Source: a virus. Taken from it: DNA of 34,780 nucleotides. The stretch lies in the IMG/VR virus record IMGVR_UViG_3300044995_000220; one strand, 5' to 3'. The notes under the pieces are model-generated. The model was not told the DNA's origin and searched no databases. It saw only the letters and a program-made list of their open reading frames with translations. Positions 17,434 through 28,200 of the stretch are shown here, piece by piece (the stretch's first letter is position 1; every line of letters begins with the position of its first letter). The position numbers were made by a program, and so were the translations under genes.

Positions 17434-17892
17434 ATGACAGAGCAATCATTGACTACTTCGTTTGATCAGCAGCGAAAGCGACCGTTGGAATTCTTTGTCC
17501 GCGATATGAAAGACGAAGGAGGCATCAGCGAAGCCGAGGCTAATGCTCTCGGTCATTACAGTGCGGACGCCATTGTCATTATTCGTTTTCTAGCGGACAA
17601 CGATCGCCTTACGATGCAATTGCACGCACAGAATGGTGCGACGCAACAAGAGTTAGGCGTCGAGGCGCTTTTTAGTGCGTGGTTGCGTTTTACTGCGTAT
17701 ATTATTTCGATGCCTTCGGATGAAGGCATGAAAAAGCGACAACGATTCCTTTCTTACGTTTTGAATCTATTGGGTCTTGATGAGAAGCTTCAGCTCATTC
17801 AACCCGTTTTGGAGGATCCGGGATCACGCGATGTGCCAGCGGATGTAGCGGCGCCGATTTCGGATTCAGCTGACCCGCAGGCCCTATGCTAA
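17434..17892 (+). CDS. hypothetical protein
   Basis: ATG 17434 with TACGTT 6 nt upstream; globular composition. Confidence 0.55.
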   Translation: MTEQSLTTSFDQQRKRPLEFFVRDMKDEGGISEAEANALGHYSADAIVIIRFLADNDRLTMQLHAQNGATQQELGVEALFSAWLRFTAYIISMPSDEGMKKRQRFLSYVLNLLGLDEKLQLIQPVLEDPGSRDVPADVAAPISDSADPQALC

Positions 17893-18121
17893 CACGCCGT
17901 ACACCTGGATCCCCGTGAGAATGTACGTACCCGGCTTTGAGCCTTTTTGATCCAGGGTAGTCGAGTATATAGAGGTTTTTCCAAAGGTGGGGCGCAGTAA
18001 GGATTACAGGCGTCATTGATTCGTTGCACTCTGCACATGGGAGGGTATCGGGTTTAGCTGAAACTGAACAGAAATGTTCGGTATAGTGACCGTTTTTACA
18101 CATGTAGTCATACGTTGGCAT
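17795..18121 (-). CDS. FmdB-family zinc-ribbon protein
   Basis: MPTYDYMCKNGH...CAEC. Confidence 0.8.
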   Translation of the reverse strand: MPTYDYMCKNGHYTEHFCSVSAKPDTLPCAECNESMTPVILTAPHLWKNLYILDYPGSKRLKAGYVHSHGDPGVRRVSIGPAGQLNPKSAPLHPLAHRVIPDPPKRVE

Positions 18122-18128
18122 GGCTTAT

Positions 18129-19913
18129 TTACCTACAACTTGCATCAGGTTCTCCGTGAGGTCTAGGTGTCATGTCAACGCCAAATGCGATGGGGTCTAG
18201 CTGTGCAGCAATTGCGGCCTCTGCTTGTATAAGCGCCGTTTGAATTGAGTTAATGCCGGCTAGCGTGTCATTTGATGATGGTGGACCGAATAGTCCTTCT
18301 AGCATTGAGAAGGCTGCTGCGATCGGCGCAGGATCGGGTCCGACGCATAGCAGTACGACTCCTGTAACGTATTCATCGCCTGTGTCAAACGATGGGCGAT
18401 TAGGGTCACTTGTGTCGTCTATTGCTAGGATCATGTCCGAGAGGAATGCGCTAGCGTTACCTTTACCCTGGCGGATTGTTGTGAATATGCCGGCATCGGG
18501 TGTAGCGAAAATTGCTTGCAGTTGTGATAGGTATCCATTGATTTCGGCGATTTTCGCCGATAGACGGTCTACTTCGCGTCCGAGTAAGTCTAGGTATGCG
18601 TTGTTTCGCTCGTTGAGGTTACTTGATGCTTGTTTGAATGACGCGAGGTTTTCTAGTGCAAGGTCAAGTAAATGCTCTAGTCCTGGGAATAGCGTTGCTA
18701 TTGACGGCGATCGCTCCCAGTCTGGTGCAATACTCATACGGGAGTCTGTGAGCTTCGTTCGAGAAGTTGGGCGGCGCCACTCAGCGCACGAGGAAAGCAT
18801 GTTATAGGGGTTGTTCACCGTTATGATGGTGGGGGGTCGCGGGGAGCTGTTTGGTTGGTTGCGTTGCGGTATGGAAGCGATGTTTTCAGCGGTGACAGGG
18901 GCTTCGGTACGTGATTTAAACGCAACGTGATAAAAGTATGATTGTCCTGCGATTTGTTCGCTTGTGTCGATGTATCGATTGATTACGCCGTCATACGGTG
19001 CGACTTTGAGTACACGTGCGCCGAAGCGACCCGTTTGTCCTTCGCGAAGGTTTACATCGTTAAATAGATCGTGTACGCGTGTCGTCGTTTTTGCTCGAAA
19101 GTCGGTCGAACGAATAATTGCGTATTCTGTTGGAACAACACGCGCTCCGTCATAGCTGAGTAGCGTGATTGACTGTGGGATGTGTTCCCATTCTAGTACT
19201 GGGTAGTAGCTGCGCCCTGAAGGTCCAACGCGTAATCCGCGTGGTACAAAGTCTGATACGCCTCGGCTTGCGCTTACGTGGTTAGCATTGCGTGTTATTG
19301 AAAACAGTCGGTCGAAGAATGTTGCGGCGCTCAGTAGGCTTGTTACGTCTGTTGCGCCTGCGATGAGTAATGCGTATGTCCAGTAACTTGCAGCGTCGAA
19401 CTTTGGACGATTACGATCGCCTGGGTCGTACAGTGATTCAGCGACTGTTTTAACGAAGTACGCATTACCACCAAGGAATAGGTTGTTGGAATTGAAGATT
19501 TGTGTAAACGATGGGTTTTTACGTATGCGTGTTGCTATGTCTATAGGCAAACTGTTAAGTATGTTTTGTTGTGGAATTTGTACATAGTTTGAACCGGGTT
19601 CATCCTTGTTGTTTAGGTTATCCGTGAGTGTTACAAGTCCTTTTTTAGGGAGTGGTACGACAAGTACATAGATGCCAGCTGAATCAAGCAGCTCATTTAT
19701 GAACGTCGTAATCGTTGTGATTGCTGTTTGTATTGCTGCGTTAACTAGTCGTACGCGATTACCTTCTTCAGTTTGTATCAGGGCTTGAGTTGCACGCGCT
19801 TGAGTCTGTACAAGGGATAGAGCGTTCTTTACGATGTCAAGACCCGTTCCGATTGTCTGTGTGATCGTCTGTACGGCGGGTGGAAGTGTTAGATTGAGGC
19901 TCTTCCATGGCAT
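18129..19913 (-). CDS. large virion structural protein, probably baseplate-associated
   Basis: AAGGAG SD; internal duplication AGIYVLVV..DPGDRNRPKFD / AGIFTTIR..DTSDPNRPSFD around an FN3-like insert; downstream of the spike. Confidence 0.5.
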   Translation of the reverse strand: MPWKSLNLTLPPAVQTITQTIGTGLDIVKNALSLVQTQARATQALIQTEEGNRVRLVNAAIQTAITTITTFINELLDSAGIYVLVVPLPKKGLVTLTDNLNNKDEPGSNYVQIPQQNILNSLPIDIATRIRKNPSFTQIFNSNNLFLGGNAYFVKTVAESLYDPGDRNRPKFDAASYWTYALLIAGATDVTSLLSAATFFDRLFSITRNANHVSASRGVSDFVPRGLRVGPSGRSYYPVLEWEHIPQSITLLSYDGARVVPTEYAIIRSTDFRAKTTTRVHDLFNDVNLREGQTGRFGARVLKVAPYDGVINRYIDTSEQIAGQSYFYHVAFKSRTEAPVTAENIASIPQRNQPNSSPRPPTIITVNNPYNMLSSCAEWRRPTSRTKLTDSRMSIAPDWERSPSIATLFPGLEHLLDLALENLASFKQASSNLNERNNAYLDLLGREVDRLSAKIAEINGYLSQLQAIFATPDAGIFTTIRQGKGNASAFLSDMILAIDDTSDPNRPSFDTGDEYVTGVVLLCVGPDPAPIAAAFSMLEGLFGPPSSNDTLAGINSIQTALIQAEAAIAAQLDPIAFGVDMTPRPHGEPDASCR

Positions 19914-20061
19914 TGATTGGCTCCTTTATTAGTGCTTGCATTGCAAGCAATCGGTGAGCTTTGGCAAGTTTGTCTAAGGTTTGAATACGAAGTAGGGTGT
20001 TAAGGAGCTGTCCTACGTCGTTAGCATACGCGACAAGTTTCGGTTGTTTAGTCCACGTCAT
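19837..20061 (-). CDS. small hypothetical protein
   Basis: ATG-started, fills a gap and overlaps the next gene start. Confidence 0.4.
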   Translation of the reverse strand: MTWTKQPKLVAYANDVGQLLNTLLRIQTLDKLAKAHRLLAMQALIKEPINAMEEPQSNTSTRRTDDHTDNRNGS

Positions 20062-20077
20062 ACTAGGAGTTTATTAC

Positions 20078-21016
20078 ATGAAGCACAGTGATATCGTCAT
20101 TACAAGCGGCACTGTTATTCAAATCATCGATCCGAATACGGGCATGTATCTGGATGTTACTTTTCATCCGGGACAAACACATCATGCACTGCGTGTAATA
20201 ATGAACGGCAAGCAGTATGTTGCGTATCTGCGGCTTATTCGTATCGAGACTGATGACGAGCAGGATATTGTTGTCACATTGCGGGTGCCTGCTGCGCCGT
20301 CTGATGAGCCGCCGGTACGTAAGGACGTTGCACCGCATCCTGCGACGGTGCTCAAACCTCAAGAACGCACGCGTGCAGCTATTGAAGCTGTACGGGCTAA
20401 TCCTTTGCCTGCTCGTACAGTGACAGCGGTTGATCCGAATGCACCGCATCCGGCTACTGTATTGCGTCCTGAAGAAGTGACGCGTGCGGGGATAGAGGCA
20501 ATCCGTGTTTCAGATAATAAGCCGCAGATGCACGCTGAGCATATCACGAAGCAAACTGTTGCTCCATCTGAGATCGATCGCGAAAAGTACGAACTAGTCA
20601 TGAGTGACGCGGAGCTCAATGAGCTGCGTACTGCTGTTGATTCTCAACGTCAGAAAAATGCGCGCCGCGCTAGCGGTGGAGAAGTGGGCGCGTTAGAGCC
20701 GCTCGTGGATAGCGATGTTGATATGCATATGCTCGACGAATATTTGATGTCTGATGAAGAGATTGAAAAGCTCCATCAGGACGCAGCTAAGCTGCGTGAT
20801 CGAAGGGAGGAGTCTACCGGTGTGAGTGAAACTCAAATTGAGTTTGTTGAAGACGAAGCTTCTGTGGCCTCTTCGCAGTCAGCTGAAAGTACGAATGCAG
20901 CTTCTGAGACGACTACTTCGCCAGCGAATGCTTTGAAGAGCCAGGATAGTGGTAAGAAAAACGAAAAGGGCAGTAAAGGCAGTAAGGGCAGTAAAAGCAG
21001 TATCACGATCCGTTGA
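20078..21016 (+). CDS. hypothetical protein with internal duplications and a low-complexity tail
   Basis: AGGAG SD before ATG 20078; APHPATVL.P.E.TRA.IEA.R twice; MSD.E...L twice; KGS x3. Confidence 0.65.
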   Translation: MKHSDIVITSGTVIQIIDPNTGMYLDVTFHPGQTHHALRVIMNGKQYVAYLRLIRIETDDEQDIVVTLRVPAAPSDEPPVRKDVAPHPATVLKPQERTRAAIEAVRANPLPARTVTAVDPNAPHPATVLRPEEVTRAGIEAIRVSDNKPQMHAEHITKQTVAPSEIDREKYELVMSDAELNELRTAVDSQRQKNARRASGGEVGALEPLVDSDVDMHMLDEYLMSDEEIEKLHQDAAKLRDRREESTGVSETQIEFVEDEASVASSQSAESTNAASETTTSPANALKSQDSGKKNEKGSKGSKGSKSSITIR

Positions 21017-21036
21017 GCGAATCGTGATACTGCTTT
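20994..21036. terminator. 16-bp inverted repeat between convergent genes
   Basis: AAAGCAGTATCACGAT / ATCGTGATACTGCTTT. Confidence 0.7.
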
Positions 21037-21065
21037 GTCCTTTAGCTTACGTATAGGCCCTTTGA

Positions 21066-22346
21066 TTAGGCGCTGGCAAGCATCGAGGATTGGAGGCGCT
21101 GGTAGTCAAGCAAAATATTAACGTGCGTGACGGCACCCGCTGTTACACCCGCCGCTGCTAGTGCAGCTGGCGTTGCTGACACGAGCATGCTTGTGTCGGT
21201 GTGTTGTGTAATCGTTGCAGGTGCACCACCAATTTGTGCCGATGCTTGTTCGCCTGCTCCGCATGCGAGGTAGGTTTGCTCAACGTCTCCGAGGCTGCCA
21301 ACACCCATAGCTGTGGCATGCACAAGGGCTGTTGCGCTGGCATTGCTGTTGATTGCGGCTGCGAGGTCTGCGAGTGTAGTTGTTGCTGCTACACGTCTTA
21401 CAAGGATTGCGTTTCCGGTAACAGTAACTGTATCGGCGATTTGATTGGCCAGGATTTTTACATTGATTAGGTTACCTTGGTTGCCCGCGCGCTGAGCTCG
21501 GATGTGTAGACGATTGGCTGGGTTAGTGCCCGATACCAAGAGATCGGCAAAGGCTACACCTGTACCGTCGCCACCTGTGAGGAAGCGAAATGGGCGTTGC
21601 GCTGTTACGTTTGGACCAACGATTGCTTGCTTATTTGTGAACGGTGCAACTGGCTGTGAGGGGATAACTGCTGTCGCACTGATCCATTCTGAAGCAAGAG
21701 GTGAGCCTGCGACTTGCGCTGCAATTGATGTGGTGTCTGATGCGCCGGCTGCTGGCACAATTGTGATCAGTACTTTTCCGTCTGCGTACTCTTCGACGGT
21801 TACGGAACCGGCGCCTTGCTCCTCTTTGATCCAGATACCAATGTTGTTGCCGCCGGGACCCTTTTGGACTGCTGTGAATGTCATCATCAGTTCAGGTTTG
21901 TTGTACAGTGGCGTTTTTCCGGCTGCACTGAATGAGCCGAGGTTGACGCGCTCGCGGTAAATGTCGAGGCGGGCTTGACGGCCTGGGATAAGGTTTTCAC
22001 CGTACACTGTGAGCGCTGCACCACCAGCTACAGAGATTGCTCCATCTACTCGATGGATGCGTGGGCGATCGCCTGGAACCCATTCCATGGAATAGGTGAT
22101 CGCCGGACGCGTGCGCATTGGGATAACTGCGCCATTGGCGTCAACTGCTGGAATGCGGATTTGGGACAGTTTGCGGAGCTGTGGTCTTAGGCGGTCCCAA
22201 ACTGACCCCGAGCAGCGCACGATAACAGTGTCGGCGCCGTCGACGGATGCACGAGTGAAAGTTGCTTCGGGAGTCGTCGCTTCAAGTCCAAGAATGTCTT
22301 GGATGACGGACGGGGCGTTAGCGACGATTGTGATTTCTGCGTACAT
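21066..22346 (-). CDS. virion structural protein: IPT/Ig-like domain with two inserted sheath-type modules
   Basis: AAGGAG SD; PRIHRV...LTVYGENL (IPT-like); two A...G..GN.I...LxGG-type modules. Confidence 0.6.
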   Translation of the reverse strand: MYAEITIVANAPSVIQDILGLEATTPEATFTRASVDGADTVIVRCSGSVWDRLRPQLRKLSQIRIPAVDANGAVIPMRTRPAITYSMEWVPGDRPRIHRVDGAISVAGGAALTVYGENLIPGRQARLDIYRERVNLGSFSAAGKTPLYNKPELMMTFTAVQKGPGGNNIGIWIKEEQGAGSVTVEEYADGKVLITIVPAAGASDTTSIAAQVAGSPLASEWISATAVIPSQPVAPFTNKQAIVGPNVTAQRPFRFLTGGDGTGVAFADLLVSGTNPANRLHIRAQRAGNQGNLINVKILANQIADTVTVTGNAILVRRVAATTTLADLAAAINSNASATALVHATAMGVGSLGDVEQTYLACGAGEQASAQIGGAPATITQHTDTSMLVSATPAALAAAGVTAGAVTHVNILLDYQRLQSSMLASA

Positions 22347-22393
22347 GGTCTCTCCTTGCGGTCCTGTAAGTAGGACCGTCGCAGAGAGTATAA

Positions 22394-23860
22394 TTAGCCG
22401 ACTTTAGTAGTTGTACAGCGTGCGGCCGACAGGTCGACGATCAGTGGGTTGGCCAGTGGGGCTAGGGTTGGTGCTGGGCCAGTGTTTGGGACTCCGATGG
22501 GGTGAACGTGTGTAGCGATTAGTCCAAATAGAACATCGAGTTGTGCTTTGAGTGCTTGGATCGCGGCGTTTAGCTCTTCGTATTTGGTGGCATGACTACT
22601 AGCTGGTCCCAGCTGCACTGCGTCTGGTTGTGAGGTGTTGACTTTGAAAATTGATCCTTGGGGTGTGAATTCAATATTACCGCCGAATGTCTGTACCGTG
22701 TAAAGTTGTCCATCATGTACTTCGAAACGCATTCGTCCACGAGATATTACAGTACGTGATCCGACAATTGTTTCGTTTACGTTACCACCTACCTGTATGT
22801 CGCGGTCTTGGGTGATGTAGCTTGAGTGCGATCCGCCGATATTTTCAGTCGCGTTATTACTTACGTTATGTTGAACGTTAGCTTCGTAGTGTATGTGCGC
22901 GTTGCCGCTGATGCGTTCAGTGCTTGCGCCTGCCACTTCAATTTCGCGTCGGCCGTAGAAACGCACGGGGTTGACGTCGCTTTCGCTGCCGCCCCCGTGC
23001 TGATTGATACCACCGGCTGCGAAAATTTCACAAGCCCCTGTTGCGCTAACATGGAAGCGAAATAAGGCTTGGCCTTCACGGTTTGTGACCTCTAGTTTGA
23101 TCACGTCGCCCGTGTGCCCTACGTCGAGACGGATTGTGTAGTTTTCTTCGTCGGCACCGGTTTGTGTGAGTTGATCAGTACCGCCGCGCCAAATAAATGA
23201 GGTTTTGCCGTCTTCGTTGATGATTTTGGATTCGCCCATCCATGAAATCATGCGATAGAGACCTGTTATGATTTGTACGAGATCACTATCGCCGAATGCC
23301 TGGATTTTGGCTAGCGCACCGCCGCGCAGTTGTGCAATTTTGCCGTGTAGTGCGGCAACTGATGCACCGTCTGCGCTTGTGCCAACGAAGTCACCTGGTA
23401 AGATGTCGCGGGGCTCATTAGGTGCTCGTGCGCTAGCGCCAAGGTTGCGTTGGAGAACGGGATCGTCGCCACCATGGCCAGGTACATCAGTAATTGACTG
23501 TGGTGTTTCCGAGTTTGTCGTTGCAACTTCAGGCGGTAGTACACCTAGGATGTACGGCAGGCCAAGAGCCCATGTCACTGCAACGATTGTGCGCGGCGGT
23601 AGCAGTGTCATGTCGCCGGGATGGGTGCGAATGCGCCCCATTTGTAAAATGCGGCCTGAGTTGAGCGCTACTCGATAGACATGACCGCGCGCATCGCAGC
23701 TAAGTATTGTGCCGCGCTCGATGTATGGCGTACCCATGCCTGTAGCCCCTGCAAGGGGGCCAGCGCCGCGTGGGTCGGCCATGCCCTGTGGGATGAGCGG
23801 ATCGGAAGGCGAATTGAGACGGTTAGAAGGGCGAGTGGTAGACGAGCGTCGAACGACCAT
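22394..23860 (-). CDS. baseplate central spike, gp5/VgrG/gpV-like
   Basis: OB-fold-like N-terminus; 8-aa (V/I)xGN-like beta-helix repeats (ERISGN, ENIGGS, IQVGGN, TIVGS); C-terminal HVH apex motif. Confidence 0.8.
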   Translation of the reverse strand: MVVRRSSTTRPSNRLNSPSDPLIPQGMADPRGAGPLAGATGMGTPYIERGTILSCDARGHVYRVALNSGRILQMGRIRTHPGDMTLLPPRTIVAVTWALGLPYILGVLPPEVATTNSETPQSITDVPGHGGDDPVLQRNLGASARAPNEPRDILPGDFVGTSADGASVAALHGKIAQLRGGALAKIQAFGDSDLVQIITGLYRMISWMGESKIINEDGKTSFIWRGGTDQLTQTGADEENYTIRLDVGHTGDVIKLEVTNREGQALFRFHVSATGACEIFAAGGINQHGGGSESDVNPVRFYGRREIEVAGASTERISGNAHIHYEANVQHNVSNNATENIGGSHSSYITQDRDIQVGGNVNETIVGSRTVISRGRMRFEVHDGQLYTVQTFGGNIEFTPQGSIFKVNTSQPDAVQLGPASSHATKYEELNAAIQALKAQLDVLFGLIATHVHPIGVPNTGPAPTLAPLANPLIVDLSAARCTTTKVG

Positions 23861-23874
23861 GTTCTAAGCGTATG

Positions 23875-24660
23875 TTACAACGCTTGAACTGTGGAGTCGC
23901 CAAGGCCCGTGTCACCAAATGCGGCCATGCGGTTATAAGCCGGTTCAGGGAAAACGTTGGGGGCAAGACCAAGCACTGCGTCCATAAGGGCACGTCCGAC
24001 GGAGGGTACCTCCATCGCGTCTGATGCCTGATACGGCAAGATCCGATCGCAGAATCCGGAAACTTGCTCCATAATCATCGCTTGCCCAGAGCCGATCTGC
24101 AGTCCCCAGCTGTTGATTAGGCATAGCTCTAGGTAGCATGAGGCTACTAGGGTGCGGCTTTTGGTTCGCATGATCACAGCCATGCCGAATGGGATGTAGA
24201 ACAGCTCACTATCCAGGTTGATAAAAAATTGCGAGTTGGGTGAGCCTTCGAACGCGGCAGGATCATCAAATCGATCAGCGTTGAGCCCACCTACTTCAAC
24301 CGCGTTGTGGTACAGCGCGCGCAGTAGATTTCGTCCGTTGATCATAACACGCTGTACGTTCCATGATGATTGCGATTTGCCGCGCAAATAGTATGATCGT
24401 CCGGAGCCAATTGCCATCATAGGTGTTACCGGCGCTTGAGTTTGTACTCCAAACGCCGTAAACATCCCGATTGCCATCAACGTGCGGGGTGTATTGCGAT
24501 CGGAGCGGGCAACAGAGCGTCGCGCTGGACCGGCGAGCAGCAGTGTGTCGTCTGGGTGCGCGGCGTCGTATGTCGCGTTATCGAGCATGCGCTCGACGTG
24601 GTTCCGTTGAAAGGACCAAGTAGCGAGAGATTTAGTGACGCCAATTGGATATGTGGCCAT
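23875..24660 (-). CDS. tail tube protein
   Basis: downstream of the sheath; AIG...IGSGRSY...RV..NG.NLLRALY...NLDSELF..PFG...YLE.C.I.S beta-rich pattern. Confidence 0.7.
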   Translation of the reverse strand: MATYPIGVTKSLATWSFQRNHVERMLDNATYDAAHPDDTLLLAGPARRSVARSDRNTPRTLMAIGMFTAFGVQTQAPVTPMMAIGSGRSYYLRGKSQSSWNVQRVMINGRNLLRALYHNAVEVGGLNADRFDDPAAFEGSPNSQFFINLDSELFYIPFGMAVIMRTKSRTLVASCYLELCLINSWGLQIGSGQAMIMEQVSGFCDRILPYQASDAMEVPSVGRALMDAVLGLAPNVFPEPAYNRMAAFGDTGLGDSTVQAL

Positions 24661-24695
24661 GGTCTTTCTCGATTCTGTAGGATAAGAATCCGGAT

Positions 24696-25232
24696 TTAAT
24701 GTTTATGCGCTTTCGCGCGGTCATAGAGTGCTGAACCCATAAGTGCTAGTCCGAGAAGGTCTTTTGCAGCAGGACCACGGTCAGCAGGATTTGTTATGAG
24801 GCTATGTGCTGTCGTGGCGCCAAGTCCGAGTAGACCTGCTGCGTCAAGCGCCGTGTGTAGTCGTGGATGTTTTTTCGGGTCGACGAGTTTGGAGCCGATA
24901 AATGAGCCGTAACTTGCGATGTCTACGATGTCGCCTACGCCTAGTTTTGCGACTTTGATAGCGACGCGATCAAGTGCAAGGGAGCCTGTTTTCGGTGTAC
25001 CACCAAAACCTAGGATTGAGGCGCCTTGGTTTGCACTCATTGCGCCAACTACTGGTGCGACGACACCGGTGGCTTTGCCTGCAAAGTTTATTGCTTTGCC
25101 AACTCGGCCTGCTGACGCGAGTGGACCAAAGCCGAATAGCCCTTTGCCAAAATTGCCGACTCCGCGCGCAAGGCCTCCACCCATGCGAGCGAGGGTACCC
25201 CAAAAGGCAATTTTTTGATTTGTAGGCATCAT
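24696..25232 (-). CDS. Gly-rich amphipathic putative internal/ejected virion protein
   Basis: QKIA near the N-terminus, IKVA mid-protein; hydrophobic Gly-rich helices. Confidence 0.5.
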   Translation of the reverse strand: MMPTNQKIAFWGTLARMGGGLARGVGNFGKGLFGFGPLASAGRVGKAINFAGKATGVVAPVVGAMSANQGASILGFGGTPKTGSLALDRVAIKVAKLGVGDIVDIASYGSFIGSKLVDPKKHPRLHTALDAAGLLGLGATTAHSLITNPADRGPAAKDLLGLALMGSALYDRAKAHKH

Positions 25233-28200
25233 TATACTACGAGATGGAAGGCCACTGTGTTCAAGGGCTTTGGTACCTTGCCGCTGAAGAAAAGTTCGAT
25301 TCGATCTGCTGAAAACTCACTTACGCCGATTGAGGTGATCGTTCCTTCGAGCAGTGGTGGACCAAACCGCGCTATGCGGCGACTTTTAAGTTGTTCGGCG
25401 GCATCAGATATCGCGCGTGAGATTTCGTTGATTGTTTCAGGCAATACGTTGTATTGTCCGATAAAGGACTCCAAGATTTCTTGGAAGAACTTTGACAAGA
25501 AATCTACATTCTTGACTACTGATAGTTCGCCGACTTCGATAGCTGTTGGATCTGTTGTTAGCTGGTGAATGCATTCAGGTAGCGCATTAGGTGTGCGTTG
25601 TACGCAGACAAATAGGCCTCCATCAGAAAGACGAGACAGCTGCGGTTCAGTGAAATAGCCTTGCGCGTGCATTAGTTTTGTGAAACCAATGAATGAGCCA
25701 TTGGTAAGGCCTGCTTGAGGGGGGATACCAGCGATTACGCCGCCGACAGCGCAAGCGAGGTAGTAACTCGGTTGGATACCAGCTAGCGTACGCGTTGTTG
25801 GTACTGCACGCGGTAGAGAACCGTCACGCAGGTCGGCAACTTCTACTTGATCAGGCCATACAATTGTCAAACGTTTTGAGCGTACTGACTGTGCGACTGT
25901 TACAAGTGCAAGGATTTGGTCGTCCTGTGAAAGTGTTCGTAGAATTCGGTAGTGCTGCGCGTTGGGTGGTGTGTTGTCAATGAAGCGATTTGGTAGGTCA
26001 CGTGCGAAGTAGTGTGGCAGCTCTTTTGCAACTGAGCCGGTGTCGTCTTCGCCGTTGGCAATTAGCAGGCGGTTTTCATTTTGTACCGTACTGATTTTGT
26101 AGCTTAGTACGCGACCTTCGAAAGCTGTAGGCCCGTAGTTGTTTGGGTCGAGAGGGAATTCGATTGTGTCGCCTGGCAGTACACCGGAAGAGAGGAATGT
26201 TGCACTGCTATCTTCCAAACGGTTGAACAGGTCATCGTTAAGTACAATCGATGCAGTGCACGAACCTGCTTCGGGCACGATTGAGGTGTACGGGCGGCGT
26301 TCGGTCCATGAAATGGCGCCATTATTGGCGTCGGGGATTACAGCCGCGGCGTTGACGACATCGACTGTATTGGCGTCAATGTACGCTGCGATTAGGAATG
26401 TACCGTTATTGGCAGCTGAATCTGCTCCGCTGATAGTCAAGTAGTTACCGACGCTTACCGCTGTCATGCCGGATAGGCCAGTTACGCGCATCTGTCCCGG
26501 ACCTGCGCCTGCGACGATGCTTGCCGTTGCTCCAATCTGTCCTGGGATCACGTCGCGGGTTGCTTGTGATGCGGGGTCCACAATCTGACCACCGCCTGTC
26601 TGTACTGAGGCTAGTAGCAGTGATGAAACTACAGGATGAGTATTTACGGCATTTACGATGTCGGTATGCGTGTGCGTCGTACCGTTGACTGTTACGGTAA
26701 TTGAAAAGCCTGTGATTGTGACCGTAACGGTCGGCAAACCAGGGCTTGCAGCGTACCGAATTGTATATGGGCCTCCGACAGTTGTCGGATTTTTCATTGC
26801 ATAGTGTACGACGCCGAGTGTTGCACCTGAGCCGGTTGATATGTCTACGCGTGCGAGGTTAGCTACTTTGACAGTGCTGTCTGGTGCACGAATCAGTAGC
26901 TCGATATCGCCTGGAGCTGCACCTGTGGAGTCGTCCCAACGAGATGAGCTAGGTACGATTTCAAAAGCGCTTGGATCACCTGGATTTGGGTAATCTTTGG
27001 AGCTATTGACGTGACTGATTGTGTGCGTTCCGCGACGGTTTTGCCATTCTGCGGAGCTTGGGGTCAAGCCGAACGTGACGCTGTCGCCGGGAAGTACGGT
27101 ACGTACATCGATCGCTCCTGTTGAGGTAGCTGCGATCGAAACTGTCCGGAAGCGATTAGTGTTCGCACCTGTTGGTTGCTGTGCTACGCCTGAAATCGAT
27201 CCGGAGTAGATTGTTTTGGTAGTCGGCAACGGAACGGAGCCGAGTACGATGCGGAATTTTTGTAGTACGCCGTTAGTCAGCGCAAAATTTGGGTCCGCCA
27301 TTTGGTCGAACTCGGCTTTGTACGCTGCGATGATGTTTAGATCTTGTGTCAGCGGTACAAAACAGTACAAGTCACGACGCGTTGCTAATGCTTTTCGCGC
27401 GAAAGCGTGTCCAGCTGCGTCGTCAGAGGCAACGCCGAAATAGTAAATTGGTACTGTACCGCCATTTTGTAAAGCGAGAAATACACCGACTGCGAGTGGG
27501 TTGCGCGCATCGATTTTGCCGAGACCTACTAACGTTGGGACACCGCCAACTACGCGGATATCGCGTGCTGTGACTGAACCGACTTCTTGGAGGTCTTGGC
27601 GCAGTGCGCGGTATGCGAGATAGATCTCTGCGTATGACAGAGTGCGCGTTACTGTCGTTGTGATTGGCGTTGGTACTGAGACAGTCGGGACTGGCGTGAG
27701 GGCAACTGGTAGACGAATACCGCCTTTAATTACAAGTTTGTCTGACCCAGATTCAGGGAAGGTTACAATGGAGTTGGTTGGGTCAAGCAGCGCTTGTGTT
27801 GGCAGTGTGCGTTCGATACGAATTTCGCCGTTGGCATCATAAGTCCATTGGCCCTGTCCGGGACCTGCGTCTGGTAGCTGTTGCGTCAGCCGCAGTTTAT
27901 TTTCGTTGCCTGGTGTAACGAGTCCTGCGCCATTTGGTTCGCCAACGCTTTGTACTACGCGTACAACGGTTTGCTCGACACCTGCTTGCGATGATGTGAG
28001 GATTACGCGGTCACCTGGCTGTACGCCTGCCGCAACGAAGTCTGTTGTTGCAGGGCCTGTGATCGTTACCAGCGTGCGGTCGGCCGTTGTTGTAGTCACG
28101 CTGTTACCGAATACTGGTGCAACGCTGGCGCTGAGGTACGTGGAACCCAGTACAACACGAGGCAAACGGAGTACTACTTTGACGGATGTGTGGTCTACCT

